Assembly (NCBI GenBank): GCA_016934935.1 | Contig: JAFGRW010000054.1 | Coordinates: 106,668 to 170,667 of the forward strand | Origin: Spirochaetota bacterium | GTDB lineage: Bacteria > Spirochaetota > UBA4802 > JAFGJZ01 | Direction of reading: 5' to 3' | Length of the DNA stretch: 64,000 bases | In this document: positions 29,526 to 39,545 of the stretch, one piece after another | Layout: the number at the start of each line of letters is the position of its first letter | How positions within the stretch are numbered: position 1 is the first letter of the stretch | Notes under the pieces: generated by a model | Seen by the model: the letters and a program-made list of their open reading frames with translations, nothing else | Database searches by the model: none | Told to the model about the DNA's origin: nothing | Translations under genes and position numbers: made by a program

Positions 29526-30086
29526 TTAAAATATCGCTGTTCCATCCTGTTTTATGTGAAATTCGGTTTTGCATCCCGGGCATATATAGTCGCCAGGACG
29601 ATAAACCCTTACTAATGCACTGCATGTGGCACATTCTATTACAAGTGGAGAAGGGAAGTCCAGGATGTCTTGACTGTCTATATTAATTACAGGTTCCTCG
29701 GAACGAACAAGATCTTGGTCACGGTACGATGGAGCGGGTGATTGTTTGAAAAGAGATCCCTTGATTGCTTCAATCGCCTGATTCTTATCAGGATAAACCG
29801 CAATAAACTTGGCAATTTTTAATATTGAAAAAAGAGATGTTATTTCCCGGTTGATTCCGCATAAGACCAGAGTTCCTCCTTCCTTGTTCATTTTGCTACT
29901 CCATAAAAGCAGAAAACTGATTCCGTATGAGGTTACAAATGTCATCTGTTTGCAATCTAGTATTACTCTTTTCTTGCCGTTTGCAATCAGGGAATTGAGG
30001 TTTGCTTCCAGTGCTACGGCTGTTTCTCCATTTAGTTTCCCTTCTATATCAATTGTGATTATATGTTCATTGGTAATCGCGCTCAT
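29526..30086 (-). CDS. STAS-domain protein with C-terminal zinc ribbon
   Basis: IEGKL..ILDC..MTFVTSYGI STAS pattern followed by CATC...CPGC. Confidence 0.8.
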   Translation of the reverse strand: MSAITNEHIITIDIEGKLNGETAVALEANLNSLIANGKKRVILDCKQMTFVTSYGISFLLLWSSKMNKEGGTLVLCGINREITSLFSILKIAKFIAVYPDKNQAIEAIKGSLFKQSPAPSYRDQDLVRSEEPVINIDSQDILDFPSPLVIECATCSALVRVYRPGDYICPGCKTEFHIKQDGTAIF

Positions 30087-30090
30087 GATA

Positions 30091-31020
30091 TCAGTTTCCT
30101 CTTTTTTTTATAGGTATTGCATCAAGAATTACCGGTTCGACTCCGGACTGTAACGGTCGTACGTCTCTGCGAAAATTTGACTTATTCATGTCAGGAGCCG
30201 GGCTTAAATCCGGTTGCAAGGCTGATTCACAAATAATGTTTGATGAATTTGTCTGTTTGCATCTTAATACTGTATAAAGCAAAACAGCAATTAACGAAGC
30301 AATAATCAGAGACATCGCGAAAATAATATATTTGATATTCGTTAATCGCGTAAGCTGGTTATTGATAAAGCTGTATAATGATTTTTTGGAGTAAATTATT
30401 GCAATGACACCTTCTCCATTGTCCGAGCTTACGAATCTACGGCTGAATAATGTTCCGTTTTTGTCAATATCACTGATTATGTAATGCTTGAGTCTTTCAG
30501 TTTCCTTTTTATTAAAAGGAGGTTTGTAGTCAATAATGTAATAGTCTGATTGAAAAGTCGAGTCAAGATTGATTGATACTGGTTGGAAAATAAGATCTAT
30601 ATTATATACAAATTCGTCTGTGGCAATATTTCCTGACAATCTTTCCATTTCTCCGAGTTTGGAGTGTCCGAGCAGAGTACCGTCTTTAAGAGCGATAATA
30701 ATATTTTTGTCCTGGTTTTTTGACGGCACGAGCAGGGTGTCTGCTATTTTTTTTATATCATTGCTGGACTTATTGTTAATTGAGTTTAAAATATTATTAA
30801 TTATTTTTTCATTGTCGGTTGCTGTTTTTCTTTCTTTTGATTCTATCGCAAGACGTAAAGAATTAAGAAAATTTAGTTCATATATTTTATAAACTGATAA
30901 GCCTCCTGTTAAGAAAATAAAAAGAAGGGTAGTTATTGCGATAAATAAAGATTTTGTTTTTTTCATGACTATTTCTTCTTTACTTGGATTACTGTATATA
31001 CTGTTAATAGTATCGGACAT
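30091..31020 (-). CDS. Two-TM membrane protein with Cache-like extracytoplasmic domain
   Basis: TM1, IIIALKDGTLLGHS, TM2 and a short tail; no output domain. Confidence 0.6.
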   Translation of the reverse strand: MSDTINSIYSNPSKEEIVMKKTKSLFIAITTLLFIFLTGGLSVYKIYELNFLNSLRLAIESKERKTATDNEKIINNILNSINNKSSNDIKKIADTLLVPSKNQDKNIIIALKDGTLLGHSKLGEMERLSGNIATDEFVYNIDLIFQPVSINLDSTFQSDYYIIDYKPPFNKKETERLKHYIISDIDKNGTLFSRRFVSSDNGEGVIAIIYSKKSLYSFINNQLTRLTNIKYIIFAMSLIIASLIAVLLYTVLRCKQTNSSNIICESALQPDLSPAPDMNKSNFRRDVRPLQSGVEPVILDAIPIKKRGN

Positions 31021-31188
31021 TATAATTATTTACACAAGAAAAGTTATAATATTTCCCTATTGCCGAAAATTAAAAAATTGATTGTTGCTTTATATTATCA
31101 GGCCGTTCTTTTTCAGAATATATTATTATTTTACAGTTTCCTGCAACAAAAATAGTGAATAAATCAGTAACGAAAGTTAATTTGCAGT

Positions 31189-31716
31189 TTAAAGAATTGA
31201 TCCAAATTTCTGAGGAACGGTATCAGTATTGAAATAGAGCTCAGAGTTCTCTCTGTCGTATCTTATACCAATAGTATTGAAGAAATGCCTTAATATGGTT
31301 ATCGATGGAGAAAAAATACCTGGGTAAAATGATCCAGCGGTTAAAAAGACTATACCTGATCTTTCCGGGTTTTTTTTAATTTTCTTCCAAAATAGAGGTT
31401 GTGTGCGGTCGATAAAAGCTTTCAGGTGAGAGGGAAGTGAACTGAAATATATGGGTGAGCTTATAAAAATATTTTTGCAATCTTCTAGAATTGGATAAAA
31501 TTTCTGCATATCATCTTTTATTACGCATTTTCCAGAAGTGGCACACAAGCCGCAGCCATTACAGGGGGATATGCTGTATTGTGACAGATTACAGTGTATA
31601 ATCTCCGGGATCTCTTTATTTACTAACGAATTAACATGGTTGTCCAGCAGTGATGAAGAAAACGATGATTCGGCCGGACTTCCATAAATTACTAAGATTT
31701 TATTGTTCAGATTCAT
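31189..31716 (-). CDS. Iron-sulfur flavoprotein / NADPH-dependent FMN reductase family
   Basis: [11 protein letters not shown]....KCVIKDD and SPIYF..LKAFIDR motifs. Confidence 0.85.
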   Translation of the reverse strand: MNLNNKILVIYGSPAESSFSSSLLDNHVNSLVNKEIPEIIHCNLSQYSISPCNGCGLCATSGKCVIKDDMQKFYPILEDCKNIFISSPIYFSSLPSHLKAFIDRTQPLFWKKIKKNPERSGIVFLTAGSFYPGIFSPSITILRHFFNTIGIRYDRENSELYFNTDTVPQKFGSIL

Positions 31717-32710
31717 CTTTTATACGAGCAAATATCATTCTTCCGGCAGTAGTCTGCAGAACAGAAGTAACCAGGACATCAACTTCTTCGTTCATATGAC
31801 GGCGTCCGTTTTCAACTACTATCATTGTTCCGTCATCAAGGTAGCCTATTGCCTGATTTTGATCTTTGCCTTCCTTAATTAGTGCTACATGCATCTGTTC
31901 ACCCGGCAAAACTATAGGCTTGAGAGAATTAGAGAGCTGGTTAATATTTAAAACGGAAACTCCGTGAAACTCGGCAACTTTGTTAAGGTTAAAATCGTTG
32001 GTAACAACCTTAGCTTTCATTACCTTGGCCAGTTTTACAAGTTTGGCATCAACTTCGTTGATATCGTAAAAATCCATATCAGAAATCTTGACTTTGATTG
32101 AGTGATCTTTTTGCATTTTATTTAAAATATCCAGCCCGCGTCGGCCTCGGTTGCGTTTGATGCTATCAGCAGAATCGGCAATCATTTGCAGTTCATTCAA
32201 AACAAAGTTTGGGATAACAAGGATGCCCTCAAGAAATCCTGTATCGCAGATATCAGCAATACGTCCGTCAATAATAACGCTTGTATCGAGGATTTTGTAT
32301 GATATTGCACCATCATCTTCGCCTGATCCTGCGGGAATGATTTTGTCAAAGAAAGATATTTCTTCGTTATTTATTACAATAACCATCATTATGAAAAATC
32401 CGATTATGTGATACAGGATAGTTTTAACAAAAGGAATGAATGTAAAGTACTCTTCAAGGTTAAGCATTGAGAGACCGTTAATAACCAGCAAAGAGATTGA
32501 AAAACCGGTCAAAAGGCCGGTTATCGCAGAAATTAAAGTTCTTGTACTACAAGTATGTGATACATACTCCATAAGTATCAGAAAGGGGATCGATAAGATA
32601 AATCCGGCAGAGCCTGCGATTATTGCATGTATTGCGGATGATGAGATGAGAAAAAGGGCTGGAACAGCCGTACTAAGTACAATGAACAATAAGCGTAAAA
32701 AAAGTATCAT
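31700..32710 (-). CDS. PIN/TRAM domain membrane protein (YacL-like)
   Basis: Four TM helices followed by [37 protein letters not shown] and [13 protein letters not shown]. Downstream of carD. Confidence 0.9.
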   Translation of the reverse strand: MILFLRLLFIVLSTAVPALFLISSSAIHAIIAGSAGFILSIPFLILMEYVSHTCSTRTLISAITGLLTGFSISLLVINGLSMLNLEEYFTFIPFVKTILYHIIGFFIMMVIVINNEEISFFDKIIPAGSGEDDGAISYKILDTSVIIDGRIADICDTGFLEGILVIPNFVLNELQMIADSADSIKRNRGRRGLDILNKMQKDHSIKVKISDMDFYDINEVDAKLVKLAKVMKAKVVTNDFNLNKVAEFHGVSVLNINQLSNSLKPIVLPGEQMHVALIKEGKDQNQAIGYLDDGTMIVVENGRRHMNEEVDVLVTSVLQTTAGRMIFARIKDESEQ

Positions 32711-32933
32711 AGAATTGCTCCTGATTAAATAAATAGGTATAGTCAAATATTCTAAATTTCTTGGAAGTGACCGGAATTTTGATCAAAGCAAAAACATCGG
32801 TAATCTATTAGTGTCAGATTACCTGATATTTTGCAATTATAAAAATTATAAGTAGAAGAAAGTTGGTGGTGTAGAAATAATCAGGCAGCTTTATGAGTTA
32901 ACAGTATAAAGGTTCAATGATTCAGGACGGTTT

Positions 32934-33416
32934 TTAACTGTCTGACAGTGCTTCTGAAACCAGATCACCCGCTTCTTCTATGTCTACATTTTTTGTTAAT
33001 GCAACTTCGTGCATAACCAGATTATAGGCGTTTTCATATAGTTTACGTTCCATGATGGAAAGTTCTTTCTCGCGCCCTCTACGAAAAAGATCACGGGCGA
33101 CTTCAGCTACCTGAAATATTGAACCGCTTTTTACTTTTTCAATATTGTTTTGGTATCGTAATTTCCAATCGTTTTCTTTTATTGTCTCACCCGAGCTTAG
33201 ATGGGATAGGGCTTTTTTTATCTCTGATTTGGAAATAATTTTGCGTAAACCAACCTCTTCAGCCTTATCTACAGGAATCATCACCTTCATTCCGCTATTT
33301 ATTATCTGTATGATATAGTATTTCGTAGTTTGACCTAACACTTCCTTATCTTCTATTTCATCTATAAGACCCACCCCGTGCATGGGGTATACAACCTTTT
33401 CGCCTTTTTTGAACAT
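32934..33416 (-). CDS. carD: CarD family transcriptional regulator
   Basis: [22 protein letters not shown] and LS..ERKL motifs. Confidence 0.9.
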   Translation of the reverse strand: MFKKGEKVVYPMHGVGLIDEIEDKEVLGQTTKYYIIQIINSGMKVMIPVDKAEEVGLRKIISKSEIKKALSHLSSGETIKENDWKLRYQNNIEKVKSGSIFQVAEVARDLFRRGREKELSIMERKLYENAYNLVMHEVALTKNVDIEEAGDLVSEALSDS

Positions 33417-33594
33417 TCAGTTCTCCCTCTGATAAACGGTATAAAAAAATTTAAGCGGGTAATAATGTAGCATTTTTGATTGAAATCCCGTTTGGTTAGC
33501 CATTATAAAAAAAATGGGTTAAAAAATCAAGATATTCATTGATGTTCATGCAATTAATTGATCAAAATGTATAATACAATGAATTATCTAAAAT

Positions 33595-35883
33595 CTATTC
33601 CTTGTAATCATCAAAAATTGATTCCATTTTTACTCTTGCTCCACCACCGGAACCATGCGTTCCCTTTATGTAGTAAAGCTCTCCGTTACGGTATACATTT
33701 TCCGGAGGGCCATCGAAAACAGGTTTAGGCATGCCGTTATAGACATCTTTCATGTATCTCGCCCAGATTGGAGCGGCAACAACTCCTCCTGCCTGGTGTT
33801 TCCCTAGAGACAAAAATGGTTTATCATACCCCATCCATATTACAGTTACAATATCTGGAGTGAAACCGCAAAACCAGGCATCGGTCCAGTTGGAGGTTGT
33901 TCCCGTTTTCCCCGCAGCTGGAAGTGTAAATCTCTCTTCTTCGCGAATTTTTTTTCTAGCTGTTCCTTTATCAATAACTCCACGCATAAGATCGGTCATT
34001 ACGAAAGCCACATCTTCAGAAACAACTTGCATCTGATTGTTGCGTTCTTTTATTGCCAGAAGATCGCCAATTTCCCTTTCAATGTTTGCTATTTCGTTAC
34101 CGTCTTTATCCAGAACCAGCCTGATACCGTGTGGTATTACATCGCGCCCCTTGTTGGCATAAATGGCGTATGCCCCTGCCATTTCAAACGGGGTTAACTC
34201 GGAAGTTCCAAGAGACATCGTTGGGTTAGAGTTAAACCTGAAGGGAGGTACTTTTAAAATTCTTGATGAAAACTCAGTTATTTTTTCCGGGCCAACCATA
34301 TCATAGATTCGTACGGCAATAATGTTTATTGATTGAGCCAGTGCATGTTTAATGTTTACGAGACCTGAGTAGGTGCCGCCATAATTACCAGGAGCCCATG
34401 TAGTGCCGTGAGAGTCGATGTTTACGAGAGGCGCATCTGATATTGTAGTCCCGCTGGTTATAATATGGGAATCGATACCGGCACCATAGACAAAGGGCTT
34501 AAAGGAAGAACCTGGTTGTCTACGGGCAGAAACTGCTCTGTTAAGCTGATTATCCACATTAAAATCAGATCCCCCAACCATTGCGGATATGTAACCGGTG
34601 GAGGGCTCGATTGATACTAGAGCACCTTCAACCTGCAGGTTAGTTACAACTCCTAAAGCTGTTGTACTCCTGAAGTTTTCTATAACTTCCTGATTTATTC
34701 GTGAATCGGTAAGCAGAGACAAAAGATCGGCTGCATCTGCAACTTCATCAAGTATAGCACGTCTGGTTCGTGATTCTATGTCGTGTTTAATAACAACTCC
34801 AGGAAGGCTGAAAATCATTCTCAGTAGTCCGTATGTGCCGAATAGTCCTCGGTCGACGGATCCACGGGTGTAGGCGTTTAATGAGTCAGAAAGCCTGGTT
34901 TGTTCTTTTAGACCCTTTTTCATATGGTATTCTGCGGATCGCTGTCTTCGAAGATCAAGAGTCGTATAGACAATAAGTCCGTCATTGTAAACGGCATCTC
35001 TGCCAAAACGGTTTTCGAGAACTTGCCGGATAAAGGCTGTGAAGTGGGGAGCCTTATCGGTATTTTTTGTATAGGCGGTTTTTGTAGGGAATTCTGTTTT
35101 CAGAGAATCAATAAAATCGGGCCAGAACTCCTTGTAAATTGTATCGGCCTGTTCTCTGGTAAGATAGCCTTCCTGTACCATCCGGTTCAGGATATCACGG
35201 TTCTTTTCATACGCATTTCGCGGATTCATTAAAGGGGAGTATCGGCCAGGTGCTGAAGGGAGAGCCGCGATTACGGATGATTCAGCGGCGGTGAGGTATT
35301 TCACCTCTTTATCAAAAAATAGTCGGGCAGTTGTGGCGACACCATAGCATCCATGTCCGAGATAAATCTGATTAAAATACATTTCAAGAATTTCTTCTTT
35401 TGAAAATTTTCTTTCGATTTGAAGAGCAAGTATAGCTTCAAGGGCCTTGCGGCCGTATGTCTTTTCACTCTCGGTAAACAACCGCTTTGCCAACTGCTGG
35501 GTTATAGTGGAACCACCCTGTACAATTTCCCCGGCTTGAATGTTTTTGATCATCGCGCGAATGATTGCACCAAAGTTGATTCCAAAATGGTTATAAAAAG
35601 CCTGGTCTTCGGTAGCCAGAAGGGCGTTAATCAGTGTTTGCGGTATCTCGTCAAAACCAACGAGTTCCCGTTTTTCCATAAACAGTTCGGCGATTAATTC
35701 TCCGTTAACATCGTAAAGCCGTGTTGGCACAGAAAGCTGAAACTGTTTGATATTACTTATGCCGGTGAAATTTTTAATTTCAGACATAATATATCCGAAA
35801 ATAAGAGCGCCTATAATAGAACCCAGCATTAATAATGATATGATACATTTTCCGAAAATTGTGGTAGAACTTTCTTTTTCCAT
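33595..35883 (-). CDS. Class A penicillin-binding protein (PBP1A)
   Basis: Transglycosylase motifs EDQAFY.H.G and GGSTITQQLAK; transpeptidase motifs GSSFKP, SIN and KTG. Confidence 0.92.
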   Translation of the reverse strand: MEKESSTTIFGKCIISLLMLGSIIGALIFGYIMSEIKNFTGISNIKQFQLSVPTRLYDVNGELIAELFMEKRELVGFDEIPQTLINALLATEDQAFYNHFGINFGAIIRAMIKNIQAGEIVQGGSTITQQLAKRLFTESEKTYGRKALEAILALQIERKFSKEEILEMYFNQIYLGHGCYGVATTARLFFDKEVKYLTAAESSVIAALPSAPGRYSPLMNPRNAYEKNRDILNRMVQEGYLTREQADTIYKEFWPDFIDSLKTEFPTKTAYTKNTDKAPHFTAFIRQVLENRFGRDAVYNDGLIVYTTLDLRRQRSAEYHMKKGLKEQTRLSDSLNAYTRGSVDRGLFGTYGLLRMIFSLPGVVIKHDIESRTRRAILDEVADAADLLSLLTDSRINQEVIENFRSTTALGVVTNLQVEGALVSIEPSTGYISAMVGGSDFNVDNQLNRAVSARRQPGSSFKPFVYGAGIDSHIITSGTTISDAPLVNIDSHGTTWAPGNYGGTYSGLVNIKHALAQSINIIAVRIYDMVGPEKITEFSSRILKVPPFRFNSNPTMSLGTSELTPFEMAGAYAIYANKGRDVIPHGIRLVLDKDGNEIANIEREIGDLLAIKERNNQMQVVSEDVAFVMTDLMRGVIDKGTARKKIREEERFTLPAAGKTGTTSNWTDAWFCGFTPDIVTVIWMGYDKPFLSLGKHQAGGVVAAPIWARYMKDVYNGMPKPVFDGPPENVYRNGELYYIKGTHGSGGGARVKMESIFDDYKE

Positions 35884-35921
35884 TTTATTAGTAATCCGTG
35901 TTAAATTTCTTTTTATTAAAA

Positions 35922-36125
35922 TTATCTTTTTATCATTTCACTAAGTTTCGCGATTGAGTATATGATTGCTGCAACGACTAGCGCGAAAATAAGCACAGTA
36001 ATTATAATGCTTAAGAGCCATCCAGTTATTTTCAATAGAAGTGGAAGAATATAGCGAATTGCAATTATTATGGTTGCAAGTACGCCAATTGCATAAAAAA
36101 ATTGGGTTAATGGTCCTTTCTTCAT
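35922..36125 (-). CDS. Small two-TM membrane protein
   Basis: 67 aa with two hydrophobic helices and a GGGA RBS; precedes PBP1A. Confidence 0.6.
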   Translation of the reverse strand: MKKGPLTQFFYAIGVLATIIIAIRYILPLLLKITGWLLSIIITVLIFALVVAAIIYSIAKLSEMIKR

Positions 36126-36415
36126 AATTCCCCACAGGTTTTATAGAATAATGTTTTATGAGATATAGACATTATTCGAAAAAATCCGGTTTATAGTATA
36201 AAATTTCTCTTAATATATAAAATACCTAATTTTAAAGAATAATTTGTTAGATATCTGTCAATAATAATACAGGATTAGCCATTATCATGACATTTTGATA
36301 CATTGTTTGGTTGATTATGGCTCAATTCGCGATTTCCTGAGGGCTTATTCGAGAATAATAAACCTTTTGGAGATTTGGTTTTCCAGTTCTTTCAAACCAT
36401 TTTGTCTATTCCCTA

Positions 36416-37546
36416 TTATTCTGCAGGCTTAGAGGTTGTTTCAACAAAAAAATTCATTCGCCTGCCGTTTCTCCATATACTTATTTTAACTTTGTCTCCC
36501 GGATTGGAATCTTCGATAATTTTAACGAAATCGTCTATTGTTGATATTTTTTTCCCATTTACAGAGTAAATTATATCAAGTGGACGTATACCGGCAATAT
36601 GCGCAGGCCCTCCTTGCTGTACCTGCGCTACGATAATTCCAAATGAGTGACTCCAGCCAAGCTTGGAAGCATACTCCTTTTCTATTGGAGTGAGAGCAAT
36701 GCCTACAAATCCTTTCTGAACGTATTTTTTATCTTTCAGCTCTATCATAAGCTCTTTAATGCTATTCACGGGTATGGCAAAACCGATTCCCATATATCCA
36801 CCGGATTTTGAATAGATTAACCTGTTGATTCCGATGACTTCTCCATGAATATTTATGAGTGGGCCACCTGAGTTGCCTGGATTGATGGCGGCGTCAGTCT
36901 GAATGAAAGAGGAGTTATCACTCATGTCTATGTTTTTGCGTCCAGTTGCACTTACAACCCCAACTGTAAAAGATTTTGAGAGACCGAAAGGGTTTCCGAT
37001 TGCGATTGCCCAATCTCCGACCAGAACAGTGTCAGAATCACCAAAAAATACAGGATTAAGAGGCTCTTTGGGTTCTATTTTTAGAATCGTTATATCTTTT
37101 TCAATACTGAATCCTCTTACTTCAGCTTCGTATGTATCATTTTCAATAATAACAGTGATTTTTTCAACCACTCTGTTCTGGGGAGCGATTACGTGAAAGT
37201 TTGTACATATAAAACCGTCTTCTGAAATAATAAAACCTGAGCCAAGACCTGTCTGTTTTTGAATACGTGGTATTCCGAACAATTCATAGAATGGGTGACT
37301 GGGGAGTGTTACATGGTCTTCAGTTGAAATAAATACAATTCTGTTCTCGTAAAGATTGTAAATCTTTTGAAATGACTTTTGAATATCCCATGCTTTTCGT
37401 ATTTCAGAGTCATTACGTAACGGCGATTTGCGGTCTAAACCGATTAATCCATTTTCCGGATCCGGTTCTTTGCAGGAGAAGTATATAACCGCCGCAATCA
37501 ATAGTATCAGTGCAACAGGTATTGCAATAAGCTTACGCTTCATCAT
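36416..37546 (-). CDS. HtrA/DegP-like serine protease with one PDZ domain (lipoprotein)
   Basis: GSGFII, TNFHVI and QTDAAINPGNSGGPL motifs; PDZ domain; YFSC lipobox-like site. Confidence 0.92.
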   Translation of the reverse strand: MMKRKLIAIPVALILLIAAVIYFSCKEPDPENGLIGLDRKSPLRNDSEIRKAWDIQKSFQKIYNLYENRIVFISTEDHVTLPSHPFYELFGIPRIQKQTGLGSGFIISEDGFICTNFHVIAPQNRVVEKITVIIENDTYEAEVRGFSIEKDITILKIEPKEPLNPVFFGDSDTVLVGDWAIAIGNPFGLSKSFTVGVVSATGRKNIDMSDNSSFIQTDAAINPGNSGGPLINIHGEVIGINRLIYSKSGGYMGIGFAIPVNSIKELMIELKDKKYVQKGFVGIALTPIEKEYASKLGWSHSFGIIVAQVQQGGPAHIAGIRPLDIIYSVNGKKISTIDDFVKIIEDSNPGDKVKISIWRNGRRMNFFVETTSKPAE

Positions 37547-37616
37547 TATCCCTTGTTTTTAATTGTCTTGGTACAGTTGGAATTGGCTAATATTATAGCC
37601 AAACATAATCAGAACT

Positions 37617-38276
37617 TTAAAGTCTGATTATGTTTTTTGATGATATTAGGGCGTTTGAAAGTTTCTGTACAAAGCGGTCATAAGAAATTGCTGATGCTCT
37701 TTTATGCATAACTTTACAGTCAATTTGTGAGTAACCGTTTGATTTTAGATCCTCTCCGACAGCAAGAATATGGGAGTCAAGGTAGGAGAAGAGCGTTCTC
37801 TCCAAAGGATTGGTGCTTGTATCTGTTGTGATATTTATTATCTTCCCTTTGCCCTGTGCAACCATCAATTCTAGAAAATATTTAACTGTAAGAACTGTGT
37901 TTGTTACATAAAAATTGATTATTTCCTCAATGGAGTCCTTGTCACTGTTTAAAAGGGGCATACTGCCTTCTTCAAAATTTTCAAATTCGGGTTTGAAGCT
38001 TATTATCAAATAGTCGGGAGTATCGCCGTTTTTTAAAATTCTTGTAAGATTTTTTATGTATTTCTCAGTGTCGTTAAATTGAACATAATGGGCATACGAC
38101 GTAGCTCGCATATTTCCGAGTTCGCGATCAATACTCGTAATAGCCTCTTTCTTATTGCTTATAAAAATGGATTTACAACGTTGCAGCGCAAAAAAACGCG
38201 AAATGTGTTTGAAATATTCATAATTGTTTCCAAGATAGTACACATTTTTATTGATTAAGTGGTCGATAGTTTTCAT
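37617..38276 (-). CDS. Degenerate short-chain dehydrogenase (SDR)-fold protein
   Basis: SDR-like pattern (PDYLII, MVAQGKGKIINIT) without the TGxxxGxG, NNAG or YxxxK motifs. Confidence 0.55.
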   Translation of the reverse strand: MKTIDHLINKNVYYLGNNYEYFKHISRFFALQRCKSIFISNKKEAITSIDRELGNMRATSYAHYVQFNDTEKYIKNLTRILKNGDTPDYLIISFKPEFENFEEGSMPLLNSDKDSIEEIINFYVTNTVLTVKYFLELMVAQGKGKIINITTDTSTNPLERTLFSYLDSHILAVGEDLKSNGYSQIDCKVMHKRASAISYDRFVQKLSNALISSKNIIRL

Positions 38277-38307
38277 TTTTTAAGAACTCTCCAATTTTAT
38301 CATTTTA

Positions 38308-38511
38308 CTAATCCGCGAACGCACCATATTCAGATTTGCGAGCATGCAGTCTCTCTTTGGTTATCTGGTCGCGAAATATATAGTAGTAGTTGTTTGAATT
38401 ATCCGCGTTTATCTGATTTATGTTGACTCGGTTTTCATATGACTTATTTGAACAGCTGTAAATCAAAAAACAGAGCGGGATAAATAACATAATTTTGAAA
38501 ATAATTTTCAT
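38308..38511 (-). CDS. Small putative lipoprotein
   Basis: MKIIFK..FLIYSC lipobox-like N-terminus; 67 aa. Confidence 0.5.
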   Translation of the reverse strand: MKIIFKIMLFIPLCFLIYSCSNKSYENRVNINQINADNSNNYYYIFRDQITKERLHARKSEYGAFAD

Positions 38512-38728
38512 GATTTTAGTATAAAAATCAATAATGAATTATCAAGGATTTTTTATTTATATTTTTGGTAATTTATAAAAAGTGTGCTCTCCGGGTTTCA
38601 AAGCTATACTTTATGAGTTGTTTCTGTTTTTTTGACAGAAAACCATGACTGCTTTTTTTATTGCTTTTTATATTATTGTCGTTTAGTTCTTGATAAAAAC
38701 AGTAATAATGACCTTATTGGGTTTAACA

Positions 38729-38887
38729 ATAGGGAACTTCGAAAAATTACAATGTACCAGAGGGCAGCATGGTTTAAGCGCCTATTCTAAAGGAATTTTT
38801 CGTGTTACCCGTGGGATTGTTCTGATAAGAACAACCTGCAAGGGCAAGTTCCTTGTTGGAAAGTTAATAATTAGAAGTTACCAATAG
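38729..38887 (+). repeat. MITE/REP-like repeat copy R4 (both ends plus core)
   Basis: Carries the R1 left end, the R2 core and the shared right end. Imperfect TIR GGGAACTTC/GAAGTTACC flanked by AATA on both sides. Confidence 0.7.
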
Positions 38888-38903
38888 TAATCAGGGGTAA
38901 GCA

Positions 38904-39494
38904 ATGAAAGTTGTTCATGTCTTAAAACGTATTGAAACGATCGATCAGGACATCAAAGAATTGAAGAAACTGGAAAAATCGATCGCATCAAATAAATCTT
39001 TTTCAACGCCTATTTTTATCTCGATTGAGCAGCAGATTAACCTTTTGCTGGACGAACGAATAAAACTCTTTGGTTTGGAGCTTGCTAATCCCCCTCAGTC
39101 TCTATTGGATGCTGTTGGAGAAGAAGAGGAAGAGTTCAAACCTCTATTAAATACTAAAACCACCAAGAAGAGTGCCAAAAAAAGCAGTAAAAAGTCTTCA
39201 TCTGCGTCTAAAAAGAACAAACAGCATCCAAAAGAATCTACAGATGACGAAGATGATGATTTGCCAATGAGGATGTTGACTCAGGAGCAGATTGATGCCA
39301 AAATAGATATTATGTCTTCAGTCGAAGAAGAAAAGCCGGGATTGGGACTTGACAAGGATAAGCTCAACGATGATTCGGTGAAATTGCTCGATATCGCCCT
39401 TGACAAGGGACGGTCTAGCGACGAGAATGTTCTCCCAAAAGAAAAAAAGAGGGTTCGTTTTTTTAAGGATAATTTTCCGGGCGGCCACTACTGA
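38904..39494 (+). CDS. Hypothetical protein (coiled coil with Lys-rich and acidic tracts)
   Basis: 196-aa ORF with an AGGGG RBS. Confidence 0.7.
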   Translation: MKVVHVLKRIETIDQDIKELKKLEKSIASNKSFSTPIFISIEQQINLLLDERIKLFGLELANPPQSLLDAVGEEEEEFKPLLNTKTTKKSAKKSSKKSSSASKKNKQHPKESTDDEDDDLPMRMLTQEQIDAKIDIMSSVEEEKPGLGLDKDKLNDDSVKLLDIALDKGRSSDENVLPKEKKRVRFFKDNFPGGHY

Positions 39495-39545
39495 GAGTTT
39501 CGGGTCGCGTCATATAGAATAAGCCTCACGATATAAAGGTTGCCG

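Noticed and set aside
38690-38887. 65-aa ORF
   Set aside because: It lies almost entirely within repeat R4, with a TTG start and no RBS.
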